NCBI GenBank assembly: GCA_016935525.1
Contig: JAFGQU010000015.1
Span: forward strand, 4,162 to 68,161
Reading direction: 5' to 3'
Origin: Candidatus Omnitrophota bacterium
GTDB lineage: Bacteria; Omnitrophota; Gorgyraeia; Duberdicusellales; 4484-171
Length of the DNA: 64,000 nucleotides
Part shown: positions 56,005-64,000 of the stretch, piece after piece
Numbering within the stretch: the first letter of the stretch is position 1
How the letters are laid out: every line of letters starts with the position of its first letter
The notes under the pieces: model-generated
Databases searched by the model: none
What the model saw: the letters and a program-made list of their open reading frames with translations, nothing else
What the model was told of the DNA's origin: nothing
Program-made: the position numbers and the translations under genes

Positions 56005-58135
56005 ATCCGAAACGTACTTGAGGGAAATCTTTTACCCGAAACATAAACCAAAGAGTGTAATTCTGATCCCGGTCGACGTTGACCCCGACATCCATCAACC
56101 AACAATGCAGATCTTTGGTGAATATATACTGTTGTTCTTTAAACTCCTGGGATTTAAATTCGTAACGGATATAGTTACGAAATTCTAACGTAGGGTTGAA
56201 CTGGTAATTCCAGGAAAGCGTCGTTTGAGAGTTCTCTTTACGGGCATAACGGTGGCCTAACGCGACCGAATAAGGGTGGGCCTCCCCTCCGGTAAGCCTT
56301 AGATCGGTATCGATCTCCTGGAAATTCCCGCTCACACAGTCATATCGTGCGTCCGCAGTCAATGAAAACTCAGGGATAGGATAAAATTCGAAATCGACTT
56401 CAGCGATAGTAAACGCGCTGCCCCCGTTGGGACTATTGATCCGGTAGGAAATCGACGGGGAAAAATAGATCATATCCCATATCCTCTGTTCGCCGGTCTC
56501 CTCCTCGGTCGCTTCACTTTTTACCTGGACTTTATTTTCTAACGTAAATTTTACCGTCTCGTTACGGCTTAACGCGTCTTTACTGTCAAACTGGATAAGG
56601 TTAGAATTGCTTACCGTAGGGTCATGAATATATCCGTAATTAATGATCGGGGTTACGATATGGCGCATTTTTTCGATATGTTGTCCGAACAGCACGAACG
56701 CCTTATCGGCCACTTTATATAATCTCGTACTTAACGATACGCCGGCCCCGAACGCATTGCGAATAATATCTTTATTATCGAATTTATTCTCGCTATAGTA
56801 GGTAGAATAAAAATCGGCATGCGGATTTATCGTGAGCCACGCGATCCGGGAATCGTAACTGAGCACGTTTTTGGTATGGATACGTTTGACGTCTTCACTG
56901 CGTGGGGAATTGGCATATTTTCTCGATATATCCGCGACCGAAAAGTCGCTGTTGAAATAAAGCGGCAATCCTTCGGTCAGGGTATGTTTAAATAAGGTAT
57001 ATTCCAGCTCCGGCAGATATTGCACTTCGGTCCAGAACCGGTTTACCCGTTTACGCGCCAGAAGCGATACTGCCGAATGAGGGAACGAATAACTGGCCAG
57101 GGCATAGGTATCCGGAGCACTGTCGATCTCGTATTCCCGGTAAAAGAAATCTTTCACTATATATTTATCGGATAATTTATGGAATTCCGCTTTAATCGAC
57201 AGCCCATTTTCAGCCTGCCAATCGTAAGAAAACTCGGTACGGTAACGGTCATCTTCTAACAGTTTGTCGGAAAGGGTGCTTCGTTCGGGATACTCGTCAA
57301 ACAACTCATTACGTTTGTCTCTCGCATACAACGAATCTTCGATATGGTAGGCATTGAACAACGCTTCCCCCCAGTCTTTAGTCTCCAGCTTATGGGTGAT
57401 CCCCTGGCCGAACCCCCTGCGTTCATAGAAATCGAGGTGTATTTTTCCCCGGTTTTCTTCATTCATATTGTAACGGTACCGGGTCAACAGATACATGCCC
57501 CATTCACCGCTTGAACCGGGTGAAAGCTCGAAAGGATACGATTTGTCTTTCAATGAATGGGTAAAACTGGGCAGATAAAACACCGGAACATTGCCCAGCA
57601 TAAATACCACATTTTTCGCGACGATCTTCTCTTTAGGATAAAGAATGATCCGTTTGGTACGCAGACGATAATGCGGCCGGTCATAATCACAGGTAGTCAC
57701 GTATCCCGATTGTATCACATATTTGTCTTCACTTTCCCCGAACGCCTCGGGAGCTTCTCCGTAGGTAGGCGGAGATTCCATACGGATATCATCGATTTTA
57801 GTCTGTTTCCGGTAAAAATCGTAGACTGCGTCTTTTCCGTAAATCACCCCTTTAGGAGATACGACTTTTACCTCACCATGGATAAAAGCGTTATGCGTTT
57901 CGGTATTGTACACCGCTTCATCACAATAAATAGTCACATCTTCATATTTCATCCGCACATTCCCCTGGGCGACCACTTTCCCTTCATCATGGAGATACCG
58001 TACCTGGTCTCCGTCAACGATTACCGGGATACCTTTTTCCTGAGCCAGGGCGACACTGCCGGCAGAAATACAACACAGGATACACAGGACATTAATGACC
58101 GTATCGCGGATTTTTTTTATGAATCGCCGTATCAT
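55967..58135 (-). CDS. lptD: LPS-assembly outer-membrane protein LptD (OstA family)
   Basis: 722 aa. Signal peptide, an N-terminal OstA-like beta-jellyroll (ADQVRYLHDEGKVVAQGNVRMKYEDVTIYCDEAVYNTETH), and a large C-terminal beta-barrel region rich in aromatic residues. Confidence 0.75.
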   Translation of the reverse strand: MIRRFIKKIRDTVINVLCILCCISAGSVALAQEKGIPVIVDGDQVRYLHDEGKVVAQGNVRMKYEDVTIYCDEAVYNTETHNAFIHGEVKVVSPKGVIYGKDAVYDFYRKQTKIDDIRMESPPTYGEAPEAFGESEDKYVIQSGYVTTCDYDRPHYRLRTKRIILYPKEKIVAKNVVFMLGNVPVFYLPSFTHSLKDKSYPFELSPGSSGEWGMYLLTRYRYNMNEENRGKIHLDFYERRGFGQGITHKLETKDWGEALFNAYHIEDSLYARDKRNELFDEYPERSTLSDKLLEDDRYRTEFSYDWQAENGLSIKAEFHKLSDKYIVKDFFYREYEIDSAPDTYALASYSFPHSAVSLLARKRVNRFWTEVQYLPELEYTLFKHTLTEGLPLYFNSDFSVADISRKYANSPRSEDVKRIHTKNVLSYDSRIAWLTINPHADFYSTYYSENKFDNKDIIRNAFGAGVSLSTRLYKVADKAFVLFGQHIEKMRHIVTPIINYGYIHDPTVSNSNLIQFDSKDALSRNETVKFTLENKVQVKSEATEEETGEQRIWDMIYFSPSISYRINSPNGGSAFTIAEVDFEFYPIPEFSLTADARYDCVSGNFQEIDTDLRLTGGEAHPYSVALGHRYARKENSQTTLSWNYQFNPTLEFRNYIRYEFKSQEFKEQQYIFTKDLHCWLMDVGVNVDRDQNYTLWFMFRVKDFPQVRFGFDHTYHGGRQSY

Positions 58136-58136
58136 G

Positions 58137-59045
58137 CTAAAGGACCTCCAGATGTCCTTCCTGAGCGAGAAGTCCCGCCCCGATCACGCCGGAATCTTTC
58201 ATCTGCGCCCGGAATACCTTGAGGTTTTTAAGATTCGGCCACATCGCCTGTTGCTTCAACACTTCCATCACCATGGGTTTGAATACTTTTATCGCTCCGC
58301 TCACTCCTCCGCCTAAAATAATGGCCTGAGGGTTGAAGATGTTTACCATCCCGGCAAGGAATTTTCCCAGATACAATGAGAACTCCCGCCAGATAAGTAA
58401 AGCCGGTTTTTCTTTGTGCAACGCTTTTTTATAGATCTCTTCCACATCGACTTCATTCTTTATATTTCTTATCTTTTTGTACCGGGCAATCAGGTATCGA
58501 TTGCCCAGATAGGTCTCGATACAACCGGTCCCGCCGCACCCGCACGGTTTCCCGTGATAATGGATAGGGACATGCCCGAACTCACCGGCACTGGTCGTGC
58601 TGCGCAGGATCTTTCCGTTCAAGATGAACGCGCCGCCAAGGCCGGTCCCTAACGTCAAGAAAAGCGCCCGTTGATAATTTTTTGCCGCACCTTGCCGGGC
58701 TTCGGCAAGCGCAAACACATTGGCATCATTATCAACTACAACCGGGAGGTTAATCGCTTTGCGTAAGGCGTCTCTTAACGGATAATTTCTCCATCCCGGT
58801 ACATTGGGCAGATAGTAAATAAAACCCCGGGGGATATTCACGATTCCCGGAGCTCCGATCCCTACTCCTTGCGGGGAATAAGAACGGTAAGATGTGACTA
58901 ATTCTTTGATCTTAGCCAAGAACATCGGCGGTTTACTCAACTCGGCGGTACGAACAGTTTCTTTTTTAAGGAGTTTACCGGTTGAGGAGACAATACCGAC
59001 TCTAAGGAGCGTGCCCCCCCAATCTATACCTATATATGATTTCAT
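58137..59045 (-). CDS. ROK-family sugar kinase (glucokinase-like)
   Basis: 302 aa. N-terminus YIGIDWGGTLLRVGIV, the ROK signature, and a Cys zinc motif (GKPCGCGGTGCIETY). Confidence 0.75.
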   Translation of the reverse strand: MKSYIGIDWGGTLLRVGIVSSTGKLLKKETVRTAELSKPPMFLAKIKELVTSYRSYSPQGVGIGAPGIVNIPRGFIYYLPNVPGWRNYPLRDALRKAINLPVVVDNDANVFALAEARQGAAKNYQRALFLTLGTGLGGAFILNGKILRSTTSAGEFGHVPIHYHGKPCGCGGTGCIETYLGNRYLIARYKKIRNIKNEVDVEEIYKKALHKEKPALLIWREFSLYLGKFLAGMVNIFNPQAIILGGGVSGAIKVFKPMVMEVLKQQAMWPNLKNLKVFRAQMKDSGVIGAGLLAQEGHLEVL

Positions 59046-59173
59046 AGACTCTTATTTTATCTTATATTTATCCCTTTTCAATACAAAAATCGGCCCGTTT
59101 TCATTAAAAACCATTCGATGTAAGCGGGAAAATCTTAAAACCAGAAAAATCACTCGTCATCCGGAAATGAAAA

Positions 59174-60397
59174 TTAAGGCCTAACCAGCCGGGAAATATC
59201 GGCCTGTAGAGATTCGGGAATATCCGAAAAGAAAATACCCAGGTAATACTCATTCTGCTGCGTATGCCTATGGATCACCCGACAATTTACTTCCCAACGA
59301 TCATCGTGCGCGGGCAGAGAAAGCCGGCAAAGAAACGTATCTACCGTCACCTCATTCGGTACACAAAGTAACGCTCCGTGTCCGGATATATTCACGATTT
59401 TTACCGGTTTGTCTTTTTTTAAGCCGATCTCGTCAACAATCTCTATGTTCAGGCCGGCTACCCCTTGCGCTCTTATCCAGCGCCGCCGTTCGATGAAGAT
59501 CCGGTCACGGCCTCTCCGTTTAGCCTGATACAGCGCATTGTCGACGACACTGATCAGGGCAGCCGAAGTTCCCCCGTTACACGGATAAGAAGCTACCCCG
59601 GCGGAAAATTTCACCTGTAACCCTTCTTGAGTAGTATGGAGATATTTAGAATACAACTTGGATTGAGCGACTTTAGTTTTAATCCGCTCTACGACTATCA
59701 ACGCCTGCTGAAGGTTCGCTTCCGGAAGGATAAGTAAGAATTCCTCTCCGCCGTAACGCCCGACGATATCTGCGGTACGGATCACACTTTTAATTATGTC
59801 GGCAAATGAAGCCAGCACGTCATTGCCGACCATATGGCCGTAACTATCGTTGATCTTTTTAAAAAAGTCCAAATCGATCATTACGACCGTAAATTCTTTC
59901 GCATAACGTTTACTGCGGGATATCTCATTTTCTAAAAGTTGCATCGTCCAGCGGAAATTAACACACGCGGTAAGTTCGTCATAATAGGCAAGGTTCTTAA
60001 GCCTTTCTCTTAATCTCTTATCCATCACCGACAACAGCCCCAGAGAAATACCGCTGCCGTAATAGGCCAGAAATCTTACCAATATACCGACTATCACCAG
60101 GTCCCGAAACAGCCAGTACCGGAAGATATTGATCTCAAAGATCAAGATCAGAGAAGCGACGGTTGCGGCAAGAATTCCGCCCCAGATCCCGAACCAGAAT
60201 CCGGCAAGAGAAATCAGGGTAATATAGATATACCCTAAAGAAAAGCCAAACGCACCGGTGGTACGACGGATTACGATAAGGACAATACATCCCAGGATGA
60301 GGAAAAAAATGCGGAAATTACGCAGCCCCAGCACACGCTGAATCCTGATTTTAAGCTGATGTAAAATCGCCCCCTCCTTTTGCAGCATTAAATCCAT
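59174..60397 (-). CDS. Membrane-anchored diguanylate cyclase (GGDEF) with an intact I-site and a C-terminal PilZ domain
   Basis: 407 aa. About 4 TM helices, a GGDEF domain with RTAD (RxxD I-site) immediately before RYGGEEF, then a roughly 110-aa C-terminus with PilZ motifs RRWIR (RxxxR) and NISGHG (DxSxxG). Confidence 0.8.
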   Translation of the reverse strand: MDLMLQKEGAILHQLKIRIQRVLGLRNFRIFFLILGCIVLIVIRRTTGAFGFSLGYIYITLISLAGFWFGIWGGILAATVASLILIFEINIFRYWLFRDLVIVGILVRFLAYYGSGISLGLLSVMDKRLRERLKNLAYYDELTACVNFRWTMQLLENEISRSKRYAKEFTVVMIDLDFFKKINDSYGHMVGNDVLASFADIIKSVIRTADIVGRYGGEEFLLILPEANLQQALIVVERIKTKVAQSKLYSKYLHTTQEGLQVKFSAGVASYPCNGGTSAALISVVDNALYQAKRRGRDRIFIERRRWIRAQGVAGLNIEIVDEIGLKKDKPVKIVNISGHGALLCVPNEVTVDTFLCRLSLPAHDDRWEVNCRVIHRHTQQNEYYLGIFFSDIPESLQADISRLVRP

Positions 60398-60414
60398 TCT
60401 ATACGAACTTTTAG

Positions 60415-60461
60415 CAGAAAAAAAGAAAAAAAGAAGAGCCCGCTTTTTTGAAGCGGGCTCT
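60415..60461 (-). terminator. Rho-independent terminator for minus-strand transcripts (rsfS / micro-ORF)
   Basis: Hairpin agagcccgc-ttttttgaa-gcgggctct. On the minus strand it is followed by a U-rich tract (tctttttttcttttttt). It sits only about 20 nt upstream of the GGDEF gene start. Confidence 0.6.
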
Positions 60462-60523
60462 CTTACTTCCTTCCTCGCTGTAGATCTTTATAGCTTGGCT
60501 GCGTAACAAGGAATTTTCATCCC

Positions 60524-60610
60524 TTATTTCTTTTTTTTCTTAGCAGCCTTTTTCTTCGTTGTCTTTTTCTTTGTTGCTTTTTTCTTTGTTGCTTTTTTCT
60601 TTGCTGGCAT
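60524..60610 (-). CDS. Candidate micro-ORF encoding a 28-aa lysine-rich repeat peptide (MPAKKKATKKKATKKKTTKKKAAKKKKK)
   Basis: Not in the ORF track. A perfect SD (AAGGAGGTGAtac) is 3-4 nt upstream of the ATG. An upstream sigma70-like promoter reads TTGACA (about 60670-60675), 17-nt spacer, TAAATT, and the ORF is followed by the Rho-independent terminator at 60415-60461. The nucleotide sequence shows tandem aaagaaaaaagcaaca repeats. Confidence 0.3.
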   Translation of the reverse strand: MPAKKKATKKKATKKKTTKKKAAKKKKK

Positions 60611-60731
60611 GTATCACCTCCTTTTTTATTTTTTGCCTACAAAACCAATTTAACTAATTTTGGAAAGTTTGTCAATACATTTTCGACTTTTTTTGAATTT
60701 TTTTTTCTGATTTTTTTTGGAAGATATTTTT

Positions 60732-61100
60732 TCAGGAAGGTGTTTTAAAAAATTTTTTCGGTATGCGGATTTTTTTTGCTTCTTTCCACAAATGTTCCAG
60801 GTCATAAAACTTTCTGAACTCATCAAGAAAGATATGAAGCACTACATCTTCAAAATCGACCAGCATCCAGGTCGACTCTTCATCCCGTTCCGAGTGGTGC
60901 GCAGGCATCTGGCATTTTTTGGAAAGCTGAAGGGTTTCGTTGAGAATCGCCTCGACCTGCCGGGGCGATTCTCCCGAACAGATCACGAAATAATCACAGA
61001 AGGTCGAGACCGAACGGACGTCTAATATCACAGGGTCAATTGCCTGTTTATTCAAAGTGAATTCTACTATTTGTAAAGCTTTCTCTCTACCGTCAGTCAT
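60732..61100 (-). CDS. rsfS: Ribosomal silencing factor RsfS (Iojap family)
   Basis: 122 aa. ALQIVEFTLNKQAIDPVILDVRSVSTFCDYFVICSGESPRQVEAI matches RsfS/Iojap. Confidence 0.85.
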   Translation of the reverse strand: MTDGREKALQIVEFTLNKQAIDPVILDVRSVSTFCDYFVICSGESPRQVEAILNETLQLSKKCQMPAHHSERDEESTWMLVDFEDVVLHIFLDEFRKFYDLEHLWKEAKKIRIPKKFFKTPS

Positions 61101-62375
61101 TTATACTCCTCCCTTTTCAAGGATTTTCACGCACATATCAGCCTGATTTTTCTCGATATTACCGACACAGGTAAGACACACTCTCTCCTTCACAAATAGT
61201 TGCCGGGCAAGGATACGGATATCCTGAGGAGTTACTTTACGGATATATTCCCGCAATTGCTCGAAACTGTATATCTTATCGATAGAGATCAATAAATCGG
61301 CAAGATAAAACATCCGGCCCATCGGTCGTTCGAGATTCATCGCCATCTGTCCCAACAGATAATCTTTCGCTCTTTCCAGCTCGCGTTGAGAGACAAGCTG
61401 GTCTTTTATCTTTTCGAGTTGATGGATGATACAGGCCAGGGCCTCGCCGATATTTTTCTTATCCAGGCCGCAATGTACGATAAACGCTCCCGAGTCTTTA
61501 TATTTCTTCACTTCGGTAGATACATCGTAACAGAGGCCCCGCTTCTCCCGGATCTCTTCGAACAGACGGCTGCTCATATTTGCGCCCATCAACACATGCA
61601 ACAACTCGATCGCGAATCGATACCGATGGGTATACGGGATCGAACGGAACCCTACGCATAAATGAGTCTGATCGATATTTTTCTGCTCAACGACTATCTT
61701 TCGTCCCCGTAACGGCGCCGGCGGCTTTTGCGGTTTGAGCGGACTGCCTTTTTTCGTCCCCGCAAGACGAGAGGCGAGCGTAGAAAAGAACACATCCCGG
61801 TCAAATGCTCCCGCGCAAAAAATCATTATACGAGGCGACACATAGTAACGGTCCCGGCATTCGGCCAAGTGATTACGACGGATATATTTTACCGTAGTAT
61901 CGTAGCCGATCACATCCCTCCCCAAAGGATGCTTATCCCATAACAATTCATCCAGCAAGGAAAGAGCCCGGGCATGAGGAAGATCACGATACATCTTGAT
62001 CTCCTCTAAGATCACATTACGTTCCTTTTCTATTTCTTTTACCTCAAACAACGGATGTTCGACCATATCAAAAAGGATGTCAGCGGTAATTTCCAAGTTC
62101 TTTCTCAAGAATTGAGCATAATAAGCGGTCACCTCCTGAGAGGTAAACGCGTTCACGCTACCTCCGCGCCCTTCGATCTGCTGTTTGATCTTCCGATAGG
62201 AATATTTCTTTGTTCCTTTAAACAGCATATGTTCAATAAAATGAGCTACCCCTTTCAGTGTTACCGGTTCAAACCGGGCACCCCATTTAATAAAGATCCC
62301 TAACGCGCACGTTTCCAGATAAGGCATAGGCGAGGTCACTACGGTAAGATTTTTCCGATGAGTAAGATTAAACAT
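61101..62375 (-). CDS. M16-family zinc metallopeptidase (insulinase/pitrilysin-like)
   Basis: 424 aa. Inverted zinc-binding motif HFIEH...E (GVAHFIEHMLFKGT) in the N-terminal M16 domain, plus the M16 C-terminal domain. Confidence 0.75.
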   Translation of the reverse strand: MFNLTHRKNLTVVTSPMPYLETCALGIFIKWGARFEPVTLKGVAHFIEHMLFKGTKKYSYRKIKQQIEGRGGSVNAFTSQEVTAYYAQFLRKNLEITADILFDMVEHPLFEVKEIEKERNVILEEIKMYRDLPHARALSLLDELLWDKHPLGRDVIGYDTTVKYIRRNHLAECRDRYYVSPRIMIFCAGAFDRDVFFSTLASRLAGTKKGSPLKPQKPPAPLRGRKIVVEQKNIDQTHLCVGFRSIPYTHRYRFAIELLHVLMGANMSSRLFEEIREKRGLCYDVSTEVKKYKDSGAFIVHCGLDKKNIGEALACIIHQLEKIKDQLVSQRELERAKDYLLGQMAMNLERPMGRMFYLADLLISIDKIYSFEQLREYIRKVTPQDIRILARQLFVKERVCLTCVGNIEKNQADMCVKILEKGGV

Positions 62376-63153
62376 AAAACTGTTTTATATATGCAGAAAA
62401 TTTTTTCAGGAAATCCGGTTGACGATAATGTCGCTCGATATAATCTACCACGGCACTACCCACGATTACCCCGTCGCTCTGACGGGTAATCGTTCGGACC
62501 TGCTGGCGGGAATGGATACCAAAACCGACACATACCGGAAGATGACTTATTTTTTTCATCAGCGACAGATGATCTAATAATGGTTTCATGACAATGGTCT
62601 TGGGGCCGGTAATTCCGGCAACGGAAACATAATAGATAAAACCCCGAGACATCTTGATTATTTTTTTTGCCCGGACAGTATCGGTCGTAGGTGTTACAAA
62701 GAAAATCGTATCGATCTTGCGGGCCCGGGCGCACATCACATATTCTTTTGCTTCTTCAATAGGCAGATCCACAACCATCACTCCGCTTACTCCGCTTTTG
62801 GCGCAATCGGTAAAAAACCGGTTGAGTCCGTAACGATATACCGGATTATAATACGTAAGGATGATGATCGGAGTAGACACTATCTTCTTCAATTGTCTCA
62901 CATTCTCAAGTAATAGTTTTAGAGTGACTCCTCTGTTTAGTGCCGTCACACTTGCTTTTTGAATAATCGGGCCGTCGGCGACCGGGTCGGAAAAAGGCAT
63001 CCCTAACTCGATGACATCGACCCCACAGCTATCGAGAGTTTTAATGATCTGCCGGCTTAAAGAAAGAGTAGGAAATCCGAACGGAATATAAGGAATAAAG
63101 GCTTTGCGGTGTTGCGTAGCCAATTTTTGGAATTTTTTCTTTAACGTATCCAT
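62368..63153 (-). CDS. trpA: Tryptophan synthase alpha chain
   Basis: 261 aa TIM barrel. [46 protein letters not shown] is the canonical TrpA N-terminal region. Confidence 0.9.
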   Translation of the reverse strand: MDTLKKKFQKLATQHRKAFIPYIPFGFPTLSLSRQIIKTLDSCGVDVIELGMPFSDPVADGPIIQKASVTALNRGVTLKLLLENVRQLKKIVSTPIIILTYYNPVYRYGLNRFFTDCAKSGVSGVMVVDLPIEEAKEYVMCARARKIDTIFFVTPTTDTVRAKKIIKMSRGFIYYVSVAGITGPKTIVMKPLLDHLSLMKKISHLPVCVGFGIHSRQQVRTITRQSDGVIVGSAVVDYIERHYRQPDFLKKFSAYIKQFYV

Positions 63154-64000
63154 TCCTGCACTATTTCTAAATCTTTATCTCCCCGGCCGGAAAGACAAAG
63201 GATGACCTTCTTGTTGCGGTTAGCTTTCTTCTTCGCCATGATGTTCAGATAATAGACCGCATGGGACGATTCCAGGGCCGGGATGATTCCTTCGCAAAGG
63301 CTGAGCAGTTTAAACCCTTCAATCGCCTGAGCATCGTTCACCGCGACATAATGTGCCCGTTTGATCTGTTGATAGTACGCATGTTCCGGCCCCACTCCGG
63401 GATAATCAAGGCCCGGTGCGACCGAATGAGCTTCACTGATCTGACCGTATGCGTCCTGCAAGAGAAAAGATTTTGTCCCATGCAATATCCCGATCCGGCC
63501 CCGTACTAATGATGCCGAATGATGGCTATTTTTAAAAAATCCTTCTCCGGCAGCTTCCACGCCGATGAACTTTATTTTTTTATCGTTAAAGAAAGGATAG
63601 AATAGCCCGATGGCATTAGACCCTCCACCCACACAGGCAACCAGATAATCCGGCAATCTTTTTTCTTTCTGCCGGAACTGTCTCTTTGCTTCCTGTCCGA
63701 TCACCGACTGAAAATCGCGCACCATCATCGGATAAGGATGCGGCCCGATGACCGAACCTAATAGATAATAGGTATCCTTGACGCGGGAAACCCAATCCCG
63801 CAAAGCTTCACTGCAGGCGTCTTTCAATGTCCGGGTCCCGCTTGAAACCGGGATGACTCTTGCCCCCAGCGTTTGCATCCGGAACACATTCATACGCTGA
63901 CGACGGATATCTTCTTCGCCCATGAACACATCACATTCCATACCAAAAAGAGCGGCAACCGTCGCGGTAGCAACTCCGTGCTGACCGGCTCCGGTCTCGG
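63141..64000 (-). CDS. trpB: Tryptophan synthase beta chain (the N-terminal part lies beyond the window)
   Basis: The C-terminal roughly 285 aa of TrpB ([15 protein letters not shown]..., GVGPEHAY...) are encoded here. The track ORF begins at an internal Met; the reading frame stays open to the window edge. Confidence 0.9.
   Translation of the reverse strand, partial: ETGAGQHGVATATVAALFGMECDVFMGEEDIRRQRMNVFRMQTLGARVIPVSSGTRTLKDACSEALRDWVSRVKDTYYLLGSVIGPHPYPMMVRDFQSVIGQEAKRQFRQKEKRLPDYLVACVGGGSNAIGLFYPFFNDKKIKFIGVEAAGEGFFKNSHHSASLVRGRIGILHGTKSFLLQDAYGQISEAHSVAPGLDYPGVGPEHAYYQQIKRAHYVAVNDAQAIEGFKLLSLCEGIIPALESSHAVYYLNIMAKKKANRNKKVILCLSGRGDKDLEIVQEWIR

Noticed and set aside
60524-60610. Whether the lysine-repeat micro-ORF is just a simple-sequence DNA repeat
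   Set aside because: Not fully rejected and kept as a low-confidence feature. It was retained because a consensus promoter, a perfect SD at ideal spacing and a strong intrinsic terminator bracket it exactly, which is unlikely for a non-functional repeat.

Overview
This 64 kb window looks like chromosomal DNA from an uncultivated Gram-negative (diderm) bacterium with roughly 45% GC. The 4-subunit pyruvate:ferredoxin oxidoreductase, ferredoxin, split transketolase and BioY suggest an anaerobe. All recognisable genes but one lie on the minus strand and are packed into operons with frequent 4-nt start/stop overlaps.

Running from high to low coordinates (the direction of transcription), the window contains:
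- trpBA, an M16 peptidase and rsfS.
- A GGDEF-PilZ diguanylate cyclase and a ROK kinase.
- lptD followed by a roughly 15 kb surface-glycan cluster. It encodes Ugd/WbpO-like, WbpP-like, UXS-like, DegT aminotransferase, an epimerase, rfbA, rfbB, a GT2-methyltransferase fusion, a GT2, a secreted beta-propeller, manC, a DUF4254-like protein and a GT9 heptosyltransferase.
- An orphan hisG, a TPR protein, split transketolase, ispE and spoVG.
- tRNA-Gln, then glmU-prs-ctc-pth-rpsF-ssb-rpsR-rplI-dnaB.
- The outer-membrane biogenesis block bamA-skp-lpxD-(lpxC-fabZ fusion)-lpxA-lpxI and a TPR-SpoIID protein.
- porGDAB plus ferredoxin, then the only plus-strand gene, a PpiD-like chaperone.
- bioY, DUF502, a HAD hydrolase, a 1071-aa GH-like protein, cysE and hldD.
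- A complete type IV pilus / T2SS-like module (MerR-like HTH, PilZ, pilB, pilC, pilin, pilMN fusion, pilO, pilP, pilQ, minor pilin).

I found no CRISPR array, transposase, integrase or obvious defence island. The most unusual signals are:
- a SpoVG ortholog carrying a zinc-ribbon insertion;
- a diguanylate cyclase with both an I-site and a C-terminal PilZ domain;
- two self-contained micro-ORFs encoding extremely basic peptides;
- a nested palindromic TTAGCAAT operator-like element;
- a telomere-like CCCTAAA/TTTAGGG symmetric repeat element;
- a GT2-methyltransferase fusion;
- three GC hairpins with TGAA loops inside the lpxD-lpxC spacer.

Coordinates of features I derived myself (tRNA, small ORFs, motifs, refined starts) come from the printed line labels and may be off by 1-2 nt, because those labels drift by one relative to the ORF track in places.
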